Source: Flaccisagitta enflata
Taxonomy: Eukaryota
Assembly: GCA_965153355.1 (NCBI GenBank)
Contig: OZ231126.1
Span: forward strand, 27,652,001 to 27,716,000
Direction of reading: 5' to 3'
DNA: 64,000 nt
Both the position numbers and the translations under genes were made by a program. The notes under the pieces are model-generated. The model had not been told where the DNA came from. It ran no database searches and saw nothing but the letters and a program-made list of their open reading frames with translations. Positions 27,649 through 42,419 of this stretch are shown in pieces (positions within the stretch are counted from its first letter, which is position 1; each line of letters starts with the position of its first letter).

Positions 27649-27882
27649 TCTGGCTCTCTTTCTCTCTCTCTCTCCTTCTGGCTCTCTTTCTCTCTGTCTC
27701 TATCTCTCACCACATCGGAAATGATGGATGTTGACAATCGTCACGTGTCAGTTTGCGTTCTTTTTTCATCATGTTTTGATCGTATTTTTTTATCGCGTCT
27801 TTCTTTTTTATTGTCTGGTAAAAGATGTTATCCATAATTGAATGATTTAGTGTTTGACCGTTAAACTTAAAGAAGGCTCGGT

Positions 27883-29110
27883 GGGGCATCCTCTGAATCA
27901 CGAAATTCGTGCTTAAGTTAGAATTATTTCCACTGAAGCACACCCTGGTGCTTCAGTGGAATGAGAAATAACTAGTGCTTTTTGCAATTCGAGCTTCAGT
28001 GGAATTGAACACAACTGATTTTAGTTACAGTAAAAGAGATAATAGTAATCTTTTTTTATCTGAAGAAATCAAGAAATCCACTGTTTTCTTTTCACCTCCC
28101 TCTATTTCTCTTTACTTAAGAACACTTACAAAGTGTATGTTAATATCAGAAAAAAATACATATTTCAAAAACAACTTGGTTTTCATCCCTTAAAAACAAA
28201 AATGCAGGTAAGAATTTTTTTTCCTTCAGTGACACAAAAAATGAAATGATATGAAAAAGATTTACAATAAAAACAAGATTCATGAATAAAAAAAAGATTG
28301 CAGATAAAAAAAGTTTTTTCCTTCAGAGACACAAAAATTGACATCATAGGAAACAAGGCCAACATCTATAAGTTGCGTGCGAGACTTACAGATTGACTTA
28401 GAATGACTTAGAATGACTCAGTATACTCCTAAATGACTCTAAATGACTTAAAGAAATAAAATTGATAAAAAAGTAAAAGTGTTACAGACCGACAGACCGA
28501 CCGACCAACCAACCGACTGACGGACTGATGGACAAAGCGGGGTGTAGAGTCGCGTGCACGTGACTCAAAATATTTACAATAAAAACAAGATTCATAAAGA
28601 ACAAGGACAACCCTTTACAGTCGCTTGCGGTTGTTAAGACTATTAGACCAAAAGGCACACACACACACCAAAAGACTAAGAGACTAAATGAAAATTGACT
28701 TAAATTAATTTAGAATAACTTAAAATGACTTAAAATGGCTTAAAATGATGTCAAACGGCTAAAAAAAGCTAAGTGGGACGGACGGACGGACGGACGGACG
28801 GACCGACAGACGGACAGAGTGGGTCATAGAGTCGCGTACACGCGACTAAAAATAATTTGGAGATATTGAAAGATGATGGTTTAGAAAGAAAAAAAAACCT
28901 TTCTTGTTTCAATTGAAAGAAATCAAATCAAATAAATTTCTTATTTCACTGAAATATTTGCACTCAATCATTGCAGTATGAAAAGAGGTCAAGTGTCAAT
29001 TCACTAAAGCACAAATTCTAATTCCACCGAAGTACGAAGTAGTGCTTCAGTGGAATGGGCCTTGACTGGCCTTTTTTCCAGGTCAGAGTTCGTGATTCAG
29101 TGAATAGGCC
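27883..29110. mobile_element. GG...CC TIR element with 8-bp TSD (Merlin- or Mutator-like), containing nested HINEs
   Basis: TIR core ctgaatcacgaa / ttcgtgattcag; flanks ggctcggt (27875-27882) and gactcggt (29111-29118), 7/8 identical; repeated subterminal ttccactgaagcac / gtgcttcagtggaa. Confidence 0.65.
28353..28570 (-). mobile_element. Short family-1 HINE with a seed 10-bp array
   Basis: Reverse complement carries the same 5' hairpin and 3' end as 53545-54942, with only a few taagtcattc units. Confidence 0.75.
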
Positions 29111-30780
29111 GACTCGGTTTGTCATGAGGATTCATTTTCTACCTTACCTTACCTTACCTTACCTTACCTTTTAACACAATCACATCCACGGAAAGAAATC
29201 AGAAAAAAATGAAAACATGAAGGGGAATTTTCTCCTTCTCCATCTTCTTCTTCTTCGTCTCTCCCCCCCCCCCCCCCGCAACCCCAGCTCCAAATCCAGC
29301 CTCGAGGCCCCAAATCTAGCCTCAAGGTCCCAATGCTAGCTTTGAAGCTCCAATCCCAGTCTCAAGGCTCCAATTTAAGCATTAAGGCACCAATCCCAGC
29401 TTTGAAGCTCTTATCCAAGCCTTGAGGCTCCAATCTCAGCCTCCAGGCTCCAATTCCAGCCTAGCGGCTGGAGCCCCAGCCCTGAGTCTATAACCCCGGC
29501 CAAGAGGCTCCAATCAAAGCCTGATGGCTCCACTCCTGCCTCGTGGCTCAAATCCCAGCCTCAATGCTCAAATCATAGCCCAGCATAGGTCATCGGCTCT
29601 TTTGGAGCAGCTGCCCCTCTCACCTTCATATCTAACATACACAAACATGGGGGCAACGGGTACCGCTGACCATCCGACGCATTTGCGAGTATTACATGAA
29701 TGAGACCACATTTTTGCGTCTTTCTCTGCGAAATCGTGATGGCCGACCCCATCACAAATTGCCTCAGGCGGAGGTTACGGCGATTTACGCTCAGATAATG
29801 GTATTACTGTTTTCCGTTGGGCATATCCTCACAGTCTGAGATCAATCTTTCACAAACATTTTACGCGTAGGACGTTGTTGTCAATTCTTTTATGTATATG
29901 AACAGAAACATGTTCTGCAAGTTACTTTTTCACCGTGATTGGTTGCGAACTTGACCTTTGCCAAGACTTAGCTGAAGCAAAGACTATTTGAACGTTTTAG
30001 CGGCATTGCTCGATTCAATGAACTACTGTTCAGTTGACCGATGTACCGACGGACCGACTAGCGAATGGACACAATCTTTTTACTGATTGTTAGCCTCACC
30101 AACACTGAACATCAAATCACCCTTTGGAGCTCCGCAACTCGAAGCTCCCATATTAAGCCCTATCACGATGTCAAAAGGCTGCTATGGTGCAAAGGGGTAT
30201 TCCATCATGATCAATGGCCATATCATCCGTTAAGACTTTGCAAGCTTTGTTGATCCTCCTTCTTGTTCCCCCTGCGGTGGTATTATGCTTCTGTCTTCTG
30301 TTAACTAAGTAATTAAAGCGCGCTTTGTTTGATTTTTTTCTAAATGCGGTCGTTTTAATCTAGTATTGATTTCAAAAAAAAAAGGGAGAAGTTTCAAGAC
30401 GCATGCTCACGAACAACTTACCTTCAGGTGGTATTTCGACGGATAAGCATCTGTAATAAGCATTGATCATTTTGGAAAACTTCACAGTCTAAACCAAAAT
30501 AATTTGTTCACATTTTGTCTCTCCTGGTTTAGCTTCAAATGTTGCTTAGATTTTTTCATGGAAGATACAATGAGGCTAAATTAGCACAACCCTTAAGAAA
30601 AAAAAACCGTGCTTTATATCCTCTTTTGAAATAATTCTTTTAAAACTTCAGGATCAGTATCGCATAAAGTTTGTCCTCGATTCTATCCTTCAAGGGTACG
30701 TTTTCCTAACAATGTTACCCTCGGGTGATTTGTTGAATCTTGAATAAACAGGTAACAATCATTTGCCCTTGGCTTATCTA

Positions 30781-31110
30781 TTTTTGGTAAGCATAAGTGT
30801 TTTGGGTTAGACTCAGAATGAATGTTTGCTCAGTAGGTTTTGCTAGATGGAAAACTAGGTGTGATGGATGTAGTCACTAATCAGTGAGGGCTCACATAGC
30901 CCTCTTCGATTTTTCTCAGATTGGGTACAGTGAGGGATATCTATTTATGGTAAGCGCCATTATTTTGGGTTAGACTCAGAGTGAATGTTTGCTCAGTAGG
31001 TTTTGCTAAATGGAAAACTAGGAGTGATGCGCGTAGTAACTAGTCAGTGATGGGCCCTCACTGAGGGCTCACAAGGCCCTCTTTCATATATCTCAGATTG
31101 GGTTTAGTGT
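30781..31110. repeat. ~163-bp tandem duplication
   Basis: gggttagactcaga.tgaatgtttgctcagtaggttttgcta at 30804 and 30967. Confidence 0.85.
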
Positions 31111-33397
31111 TGTTCCACTTGTCATAGCTTAGATGAAGTAAAATTCCTTTCCAGAGATCAGAAGCTTTCTGCAATGGATAGTGAGAAGTATTGCATAAAA
31201 AGAGGCCTGAAAAACAAACACCGTTGTGCACGAAAAGAACATGATTTACGCGGTTTGCTAATTCTTTAAAGCCATATATGGATATCCTTGTTTTCTGCAG
31301 GGGGTTAGCTTTCCTCAACACAGTGCAAATAATCGTGTAGGGGAAACTGGAGAAATATGACGATACGCTAACAGTTCTCACTGACTGCTTTCATTGAATG
31401 AGATAGATATTAGATGGTCAAAAGAGTAACACAAAGAAACAAGACAATGAGTCTCTGAGCATCTCTCCACTTTGAGAGTGTCCATTGACTGCTTCCATTG
31501 GACACTGAAAGTCGAAGTAGTGACTCAGAAGATGGCCAAAGAAGGGAGGGAGATGGGCCTTACCTGTTTCTACAATCTACACGCAGACAACCTTGTTTTT
31601 GAACGCGTCATGCGGTTGCTTGCTACGTTTATTTCCTCGCCTGCTCCGCGGCGCTCTGCTATGCTTCGCCCGCTCTACTCGCTCGCTCTGTTAACGGGCT
31701 CATGCACTCACTCTGCTCATTCCCTTGTTAAAGTTCAAGAAGATGTGTTCACGCTGTAACCGCGATTAACGGAAACAATCGCAATTATTGTCGTCACTAG
31801 AAACACGCCCTTAGAGGAAGAAAAACAAGAGGACGTGATGGGACTGAGGCAGAGATCATTGACTCCTCCCTCGAGGGACTCCATAAATCTTCACCACGAA
31901 AAAAAAGAGCTTGAAATAACCCGCTTTAGAACCCGTTTTAGACTGAGCTCAATGGCGATAAACTACTTTAAAACCTACTCTAGACAGAGTTTAATGGCTT
32001 GAAACTTGTTTCGAAATTTTCTTTAGACGGAACTTAATCACCTCAAAGAATCTTAACCACACTCACATGGTCAACTCACGGAGGGAGAGAAAGAGAAACA
32101 AAAACAGCAATTCGCCCTTTACTAAGATAAACGATTATTATTGTTAATAATTACAATAACAACAAAGAAAGGCAAGGTCATCTCTTTTAGTCAAGTTTAT
32201 ATCGAAGGCAACTCTCAAACAATTCAATATTCGAACGAGATTATGAGTGAGAATGTGGCAAAAACGTTTTTAAGTAGCGGACACACGACTCTACACTTTT
32301 CTGTGTTGGTCGGTGTGTCCGTCCGTCCATCCGTCCCTCGTATTCTCGAATTGCGATCGGTTTTTGCAATGCAAAATTGATGCACAAGTCATTTTGATTT
32401 ATTGTTAATATGAAATATTTGTACAGGTCAAATTAGTCATGAAAGCATGCTTAGAAAACTGACTGTTGACGTAGTTCAACATCGAAAAATATTTCGACTG
32501 ACAAAAAAACAATACATAATAGGCAAGTCATGTAATTTTCTGTCGCTACTGATACTATCTACCACTTCACGTACATTCCCCACTGATAGACTTTTGCTAA
32601 TCACACACTCGTATAGCTTGACGGGTCAGCGAGAATGTAACAACCGAGAAGGAAGTAAAATGAGAGAAAACAAGAAGCCAGAAGAAGAAAGAAACGCGGG
32701 GTTACAATATCGTCGAAGACGGGTGGGCAGGGACCTACAACCCCTCTTCACACTCCCTTTCCATACCCATACACATAGATAGGGCGGATATGCGTGTTTC
32801 AACGCTATTCAACTTCATCATTATGGATGGACGGACGGACAGACTGACGGACTGATGGACTGACAGACGGTTGGGCGAACTGACAGACAAAGTCTCTTAT
32901 AGATTCATGAGAAAGAACGGAAAAGTGAGAAAACTAATAATGACGAAAAGGCAAGACAGGTAGCCTTTAAAGAGAAGGAAGTATTGTGGTTGTCCTACTT
33001 CTGTCGCCGAGTTGACATTTTTTTCCAGAGGTGATAATGTCTTTTCTCTCTTTATTTGTTTTGCCATAAAAACAAACCGTCTATAAAAGGATTTGAGAGC
33101 AACATCCGCGTGGGACGAAGGTATGGACGACAGTTGAATGTGGAAAAATGGACTGCTACATAGAATAATTCGAAGTCAAGAGGTTGCAATAAACAGTTAA
33201 CAGACTTCAACGAGAAGCTACTATGTACAGTTATTCGAAATAGTTATCACATGGAGGATCTGTGGCTGAAAGCAAGCCAAGTACTGTGATTACCAGTAAT
33301 GGCGACTTACGCCGTAATGGAAAGAGTTGTAAGTATTTGCCATTTTTCAGTCTTCTGTCATTAGACACTGCAAATTTTTTTATCTATTAGATTATAG

Positions 33398-33482
33398 GGG
33401 TTGTCGCATTGGGCGTCTTATCTAGATATCATCGAGATATTCCCTATGTAATATCTCGAAAATGTTCCCAATGCGACAACCC
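33398..33482. mobile_element. ~85-bp mini-MITE / hairpin
   Basis: gggttgtcgcattggg ... cccaatgcgacaaccc, with inner tcgagatatt / aatatctcga. Confidence 0.6.
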
Positions 33483-33616
33483 TTTATATCATGAGCAATT
33501 GAATACATTGATTGCCCTTAAAATCAGAGAAAAATACCAATAAGGGCGGCTAATCGCCGTAGGAAAAAAGTCGTAAATGCTGCTCGAGAAAATGAGAGAG
33601 GAAAAGAGAGTGAGAG

Positions 33617-33729
<113 letters not shown>

Positions 33730-34798
33730 CAGAGGGGGAGAGAGAGGGAGAGAGAAACAGAGAGAGAAACAGAGAAAAACATGTAACACAGGGTTACAAT
33801 ATTGTTGCAGACAGGTGGACAGAGGCATCCAACCCCCATCCACACACCAACCCGAACCCCCACACACAAGCATCTAGACAGCTTGTTTTTCTACTTTTCC
33901 ACTTGGACGGACAGACAGACCAACAGACCAATGGATGGACTGACGGACAAAGCCTCTCATAGAGTCGGGAGTTGAAATGAGAGAGAGACTGTGCTGCCAG
34001 GATGCACAGTCATCACCTGGGACATTTCAAAGTTCAAATAGACTTCAACTAACTCGATTCCTGGTTCTAGGGGAAAATGAGAAAAATGAGAAAAAATAAA
34101 AAAAGATTCAAAAAATCATAGCTCCAAAATTATCAATCGCACAGAATTCTGCTTGGCGTCATCTGAAAGAGGAGATTTAGCTCTTTCTTAGCTATTAATT
34201 TCATGCGTAGCACCATTCAGCCCCCAAAACTTACCAACTTGCCCAAACGCTTCATGAGAAAAAGGGAAATCCAACAAACTCTGCAGGACTCAAAAAGACC
34301 GAAGGGACTTCGTCTCTTCGACTTTTTTCCAAATGACGGAGCCAAATGAGCTAGATAAGCTAAAGTACTCATAATCATTCTCACAGATGAACAGCTATGC
34401 TCAGTCATATACTTTCTTTTATTTGCATGCTAAGACATGCATCATGATTTTTTTTATTGATTGCAGTTAAAAAAAAGACTAGGCTACATAAGCTAAATGA
34501 GCTAGAATACTAGCCCTCAAACGGATATCACGGAACCAACATGTTTTATCTATTTTAGGCAAGAATTCTGTTATAACCAACAAAGGAAGTTAAAGAAAAC
34601 AAGTTGAAAACAACATAGAATTTGACCCATACATTTCCGTTCTATCTCTATCTAGTTATGTCAGACTCTCACTGCAGTCAGTGTATTTACCATAACGCAT
34701 GGGAAACACATTCAGGATTCAGGGCCCCATGACAAACAAATCAAATGAGAAATGACTTTGAACTGGTAAATACAAAATAAAGGTCAACGTCATGTCAA

Positions 34799-34893
<95 letters not shown>

Positions 34894-35010
34894 TAAGAAC
34901 GGAAGGGAGATTCCTGCACGTACTGCGAACATAATTTCTTGATTGTAGTTGTACAAAAACTGTCGGGCACTCATCTATCTTCGTAGTTCGCACACGAACC
35001 AAACACACGC

Positions 35011-35920
35011 GGGTGGAAGGTGGTTGTTATGGGTGGATATAGTTGAGATAGGCCTAGGAGCTTGATAGGTGGCCAATTAGGGCCAGTATGAGGGTGGAAA
35101 GTGGTGGTTATGGGTGGATGTAGTTGAGATAGGCCTAGGAGCTTGATAGGTGGCCAATTAGGGTCAGTGTGAGGGTGGAAGGTGGTGGTTATGGGTAGAT
35201 ATAGTTGAGATAGGCCTAGGAGCAGCAGGGTCAGTAGGGTGAAAGGTGGTGGTTATGGGTGGATATAGTTGAGATACAGGGTCATCCACCTGAGTTGTCG
35301 GATTCTGTTAAGCTTTTACTCTCTGATGCTAAGAGATATGGATTTGAAATTGATCAAGTCCTAAAGAGTATAGATTGACATTTTTTGTATAAAAATTTTA
35401 GCCATTTTGGTCAGGTAGTTTGTCTCTAACATGGATTTTAACGTAAAGCTTTCATTTCAAGACTGAGCAGATTTTCTAGGAATTGTACAAATTAACACCC
35501 CAATTAGTTTTTGAATTTTTTTAGTAATCAATCCAAAACAGGCCTGAATCAGTGATGATACTAAAGTATTTCAATATGTTTGTCAGTTTATCATCTATTT
35601 GAGATTAATTTTCTCTCTATGGCGTGAATAGTAGAAAAAAAGAAAATAAATACGAATGCAAGCAGAATTCTGAATTTCTGATAGACAAGCTGTAAAATGG
35701 TTAAATACTTGTGTTACTTCAAATTTATGTAAAAGACAAACTACTTAACCAAAATGGCTGAAATTTTTACACAAATAATGTCAATCTATACTCTTTAAGA
35801 CGTGATCAATTTCAAATCCATGTCTCTTGGCATCTGAGAGTAAAAGCTTAACAGAATCTGACTACTCAGGTGGATGACCCTGTAGGCCATGGAGCTTGAT
35901 AGGTGGCCAATTAGGGCCAG
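35011..35920. repeat. 81-bp minisatellite whose last unit is split by a MITE
   Basis: Units start at 35011, 35092, 35173 and 35237; the unit resumes at 35883 (taggcc..ggagcttgataggtggccaattagggccag). Confidence 0.88.
35277..35882. mobile_element. Tc1/mariner-type MITE
   Basis: TA|cagggtcatccacctgagt ... actcaggtggatgaccctg|TA, with TIRs of ~145 bp. Confidence 0.92.
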
Positions 35921-35934
35921 TTTGACACGTCACC

Positions 35935-35937
<3 letters not shown>

Positions 35938-36023
<86 letters not shown>
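35938..36023. repeat. (CA)n microsatellite
   Basis: Pure run. Confidence 0.95.
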
Positions 36024-36029
<6 letters not shown>

Positions 36030-36663
36030 AGCATGCGTGGGCGACCATATTTATGTTTAAGTCATTCGTTCACACCGAGGAGGCTCTTGTCCCGTATATA
36101 CCCTTGAATGATTCGTTAATCGAGTTAATATATTTACCGAATATTGACGGTGAAAAGTGACCCTGCTTGGTTCATGACCAGTTGACCTAGCTTTAATAAT
36201 TGTCGTAGAAAACAAAGTAAATGCTAATCATTGTCAAATACATGCTACTCCATAGCCTTGCTAATCACTCTTAACATGCTTCTCCATGGCCTTGCCCCGT
36301 TACTAACTTCCAGACATCAAATGTGAATATCATTGGACACAACTCAAGAGTCGATATACTCTGATATCAACAAGCCAGTCACACTTCGATATGGTTCACT
36401 GTGAAGGCCTTGTCTCTAGCATTACCTTTCATCCATCTTGGGTCTTAGGAGAAATGCAGGATTGCAATTTATTTCTAAATTCTGGCCATTTCTTTGCTCT
36501 CTCTCTCTCTCTCTCTCTCTCTCCCCGTATCTGCATTCCTGTCACTCTATTTCATTTTCTGTTTTTTCCCATCTGGCCATTTTAGTCGGTCTGTTACAAA
36601 GTTGGAAAATCGTTCGGTCTATCTGCCATTTTTCATTCTGTTACTGTGCACTTTGCTTGTATG

Positions 36664-36915
<252 letters not shown>

Positions 36916-39900
36916 AGAGACATGACCTATGGCTAGTGTCAGCGGTTCATCACTCGTCCCTCACTTGGCAAGGTGAGGTTAGGGTTCATCTCAAAGGTAG
37001 AATAGATTTGTGGAATTCGAATAAACAGGCATGTTCACGCTAACGTTGTTGTTTACCATCTCAAGCCACTTTCATAATCAACTGGCATGTTTTCGCCTAC
37101 ATGGATGTCTAAAGTTTAAACCAATGTTCATAATACAGGCATTTTCATGCTAATGTGGTTGCTCTGCATTAAAATAAGAAACAGGCGCGATCACTCTTAC
37201 GTGATTGTTTAGCATTTAAAGCCACTTAACAAGCCTTGGCCTAGTAGAGATATTTGAGAGCATGGAAAGCCCATTTAGAGGCACAAGTGGCGCGGGGTCA
37301 CAATATTGTTGCGGACGGGTGGGCAGGGGCATACAACCCTCATCTACACCCCAACCCCTATTCCACACACAATATACACAAAAAGTATCTAGAATGCTTG
37401 TTTTTCCATTTTTCAAACTCGATGACCCCGGACGGACCAATGGACCGAAGGACGAATAAAGCCTCTTAGAGAGGTGCGTGTCCGATACATGACTTTCTAA
37501 ATGAGTTTACTTATTGTGCTATATCTGAAGTAGCACGGCAGTTTCAGTTACAGTTTCCTCTAGATGTTCCGTGTGATGGTAGGTGGCAGAGGTAGCAGAG
37601 GTAGCGCGGAGTAGAGGCGCCAAGTCCCGGTTTGATCTATTGTCATCATTATCAAACGTGATAAGTCAGCGTTTGTAGTTTCCCAACAATGTTGACAAAG
37701 ATCAATTTCCTCGTAAAAACGCAAACACAAATGTATCAGGAAGGCAAATATGTAAACATTGTGGTAATGCAGAAGGTATTACCAACGTGGTTGAAGATCT
37801 AAAGAGAGATAAAACAAGTGACGCGGTATCTCAATACAGTCGCGGACGGGTGGGTTAACGTTCGCACTGGTGCATTTGGTGTAAGTCTGTTTAGTCGCGT
37901 GCTAGGCGACTCCATGAACCGCTATGTCTGTCTGTCGGTCGGTCGGTCTGTCGATCGATCGGTCTGTCGGTCGGTCGGTCGGTCTCCGTTAGCTTTTTTC
38001 AGCGTTTTTGGGCGTTTTTTGCATTACTGCTCCTGCTTTTAGTTGCTTTGTCTTTTGGTCTTTAGATCTTTTAGTCTTTTAGTCTTCAAGACCGCACGCG
38101 ACTTGTAACACGTTGGTCTTGTTATTTTTACGTTAACGACAGTTAAGAAAATCAAAATGAACAATTGTCTTGGAGTAAATTTTCAGTAAGGATTTTGGTG
38201 AATGAGCCATTTCCCTACTCAATGCCACCCTTCTACTTCTAGCCTTAAAACGATGTATTTCATGACCTGCTGCTCTGGGTGGTTACGGGGTGGTTGGTTG
38301 GTCTCTGTTCTGCATCGAGGATGGATTTGGTCCATAGTGTGAGGACGGACATAGCCTCTCAAAGAGTTGCGTATCAGTAACTGAAAACGAAAGAATCACA
38401 GTGTTGATCTAAAGTGATGTGAATGGCCTCATACATTACTCCATGGAGTCATAATTCCATATCAAAACGCGCGAGGCCAGCCGCAAACATCTGGCTTCAA
38501 TTAACGTCACAACTTCGTGCAAAAGAAAGAAAAATTGAAAAGAAACTGCCATTGCATTGATTTTTTTACTCTAAGCAGCTAATAAGATAAGATCTAGTTT
38601 TGTATGCAATTGGTCTCTTGATAGTGGCAGTGAGCAGCTTTTTCATAAAACCCAAGAGATGAATTTTCCAATGTAAAATTTCATCAAATTTATCGCATTT
38701 TCATAAGTCCACTTTGCAACCGTTGGATATTTGTTTTGGAATGAAAACTTGGTGTCTAGATGTGGAGAAATTGATAATGAATAATTGATAATAATTGATA
38801 ATGTGAAAAGATTGTGATTATTTTGGTCATCATATGAAACGTTTTTTGGAATAGAGGTAAATTTATTCGTGTTTAATGTTTGATATATATATATTTCAAA
38901 ACGATAATAGAGAATGGCAGTTCTTTCTCTGAATTTCCAAGGTCGTGACGTAAATTTGAAGCCAGGTGTCAAATAGATATCGGAGAACATGGAAAGCTAG
39001 TGGACAATTACGTTCACTTAATCAATTGATTCAATATGCTCGTAGATCAAAGTTTCTTTTTTCTAAAAGTTCTTTTTTCTCGCATATTATGTCTCAAAAT
39101 GAGGGAACAAAATGGCAGCGTATAAGATCGAAATAAATACAAAAGAATTAGCAGGAAAGATTATATATGGTATCCAATTACGTGAATAAAACATTTGGTA
39201 AAAAAATGATTTCATATTGAAATAATCTCTCATTCTCAACAAAAAACGAAAATAATGAGTAAACAAAGAATCCTCATTCTCTTCCTCCTTCTCCTCCTCA
39301 CAATTGGCTTCTAAAAATATTTTCTCGGTTATTATAATCAATTGGAGTTTGAAATTGTCCTCTCCTATGGAAAAACACTCTGCGATGAAATTTTTTTAAT
39401 TGGTATCAGAGCGTAAGTGTGAGGCGCGAAAATTCGAAAGGCTGTTGGCAACAGTGCTTCAGGTTGACAATTCCAACCGAGCTTCAAGTCCGAGAGAGTG
39501 TCCAACTTATTGAGTCCTCTTCCACAACCATTTTCAATTTTTCATACCTGAGAATATCGGCCTATTTTTAGTCGCGTACTCTTTTCGACATTTATGGGTG
39601 GTTTTTGCATTACTGCTCCTGCCCAAGTGCTTGATAAGACTTTTTGGGCAGCGGCCCCAAGGCTAAGGGCCGATATCCTGTAGGACACAGGGGTGAATTT
39701 CCATACGTCCGTCCGTCCGTCCCCGCAAAAAAATTTCTCAAGCTTCAAAATCCCATTGATTAACAAATTGACAAATATCAAACTTCCAATTGAATAACCT
39801 GTCTCTTTTTTGTCCATCAATCATTCCATATGGACACATACCTGCAAAGCACATTCAACCATTGTTTTAAGTCATACCTAAAGCATATACGGTTCCGGTC

Positions 39901-40102
39901 ATATACGTCTCAAAGTGCGTCTAACTCTGGCTTTGGCTTGGGAACTCTTAAATTATTCGCGGAAGCCAATATCAAAAACCCAAAGAACCCAAACCAAGGA
40001 TATAAATCGGAGGATCTTGACTGCCATAAAAGGCCACTGCTTATATAAACAGTTGGCAGGGCTTAAAGAGATGAGATTCTAGTTGATTTGCGCTTATGGC
40101 AT

Positions 40103-40103
<1 letters not shown>

Positions 40104-40150
<47 letters not shown>

Positions 40151-40157
40151 TTGATGT

Positions 40158-40218
<61 letters not shown>
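40104..40218. repeat. (GAT)n microsatellite
   Basis: Directly visible. Confidence 0.95.
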
Positions 40219-40455
40219 CATGAAGTTGATGATACACACTCCTGATGAGATGATTATCTGGGATTAGAAGAAGAATGAGAAAAACTAATGGAAAATCGCT
40301 CCGTTCATGTCTTATTCATGATATCTGTCTTTCCTTCCGATCCTTAAGCCTCCATTCGCCAGTTCATCTCTGTCTTTCTTTCTGTCTGTCTGTCAGTTAG
40401 TCTGCCTGTCTGTCTGCCTGTCTGTCTGCCTGTCTGTCTATCTTTTAACTCTCAC

Positions 40456-40687
<232 letters not shown>

Positions 40688-42419
40688 CCGTGTGTTTACG
40701 CCCACGTTTCCCAAGTGTCTTACCATGAACGTCATTGTCAGTTGTTTCTCCAGTTTTGTGGCAAAAATGATTAAAATGGTTACTCGTGGGAAATCTTACC
40801 GCGTTAACCGCGTTAAGTTTACTTCTCATGAAATCTCCCAAAAATTGTGCTATTTACTTGATTATAGTTACATAGACCGGTAATGAACTTTGGTAGATAA
40901 ATAAGAGATTCAAATTTTCTAGATCACATAAACTAATAAACAATTTAAACCTTTTCATTCCGTCACGAGTTTGTCAAAGGGTATCGCTACCTTCTCATTG
41001 AATGGACAATTCAGGCAGAATCTTCATTAACTGGGGCACTGTAAATAACAGTCTGGAGCACTGTTTGTAACAGTTTGTCAAAGCGTACCCACTATCATAG
41101 ATTACCCGCCTATGACGCATTAAAACTGGATTCCTAACAAAGGTTTTGAGTTATTTGTTGTTTGTAGAACGTCTGAAAGAATTCATGTCTGTACGTCTAT
41201 CTGTCTGTTTGTCGGTCACGCTTGGAAATCCATCAAGTGCACATGTTGGCCTGTTGGCCTTGCAATATTGATCATAAGATAGTTTCAAATTCAATGCATG
41301 ATTTTGTCCAGTACCTTGACATACGATCGTGTGAAGCTCATTTTTGATTTATTGGACATCGGTAATTGGGTAAGAACACAACAGATGTATACTGTCTAGC
41401 TCATGAATATGTCAACATCTGGAGAGAATCATCACATTTGAAACAATGTTACTCTTGAAAAAAAAAAACTACAACAACTAGGTTGGTCCCAATTTGAGGA
41501 GTTGTTAAGACTCTCACAAATGCGACTTTTCTCAGGTGTATAGCTCAATTTGTTTAGGAGCAGTACTCTTCCAAAGTCGATCCTTCCTTCAAGATGTTGA
41601 TATATTCATGAGCTAGATAGTATTTGAATAGTGCCACCCCACCCGGACCGACTTACCTAGCAAATAGAACGACACCGGATCGGCCAGTTCTTCATAATCC
41701 ATTCTTTTCTTCTTTCGGTTGTTGTTTTGTTGTTGTGTTCCCGCTTTACGGCGTTGTCTTGTTTCTTTCTTTCATTCTTTTATTTTCCTCTTCAAGCCGT
41801 TTTGTTGATTTCTTCCCGCGTCACGGAGTAGTTTTTTTTTTTGGTTCATATTCAGATTTTTTTTCTCTCCTTGTGCGCTTTTACAAATATTGGCTGTAAG
41901 ATATGATGGCGTAGGTTAGATTCTTAGTGGGATAGCTCTACAAGAGATATAAAGTGATCACTGCAAATCCGGACCAAAGTGTGAATTTTTTTTTACAACA
42001 CCCTCATGAGGTAAATAGATGATCCAGAAGGGGTGCCATGAAATTCTGGCCCATTCGGGGTACCCAGGGGCCCCTAAATTGGCCAATTCAGAAAATATTT
42101 TTTCAAAAAGTGTCTTCAAAAGGGGGGTCAAATCGACTAGAAATGACCTAATTTGCCTAGATCCAAAATCCTGTAACAATTTTTTTTTTCTCGAAAAACT
42201 GAAAATTTTTGCGTCGACGCCTCGAAACATTGACCAAAAAAAATTTCCAAAAAAATTTCTGCAAAAGGGGGGTCAACTCAACTAAGAATGACCTAATTTG
42301 CCTAGATCCAAAATCCTGTAGTAAATTTTTTTTTCAAAAAACTTTGAAAATTTTTGGGTCGACGCCTCTAGAAATTGACTAAAAATTTTTTCCGAAGTTC
42401 CTAGTTCTTTAGTCTGGTA

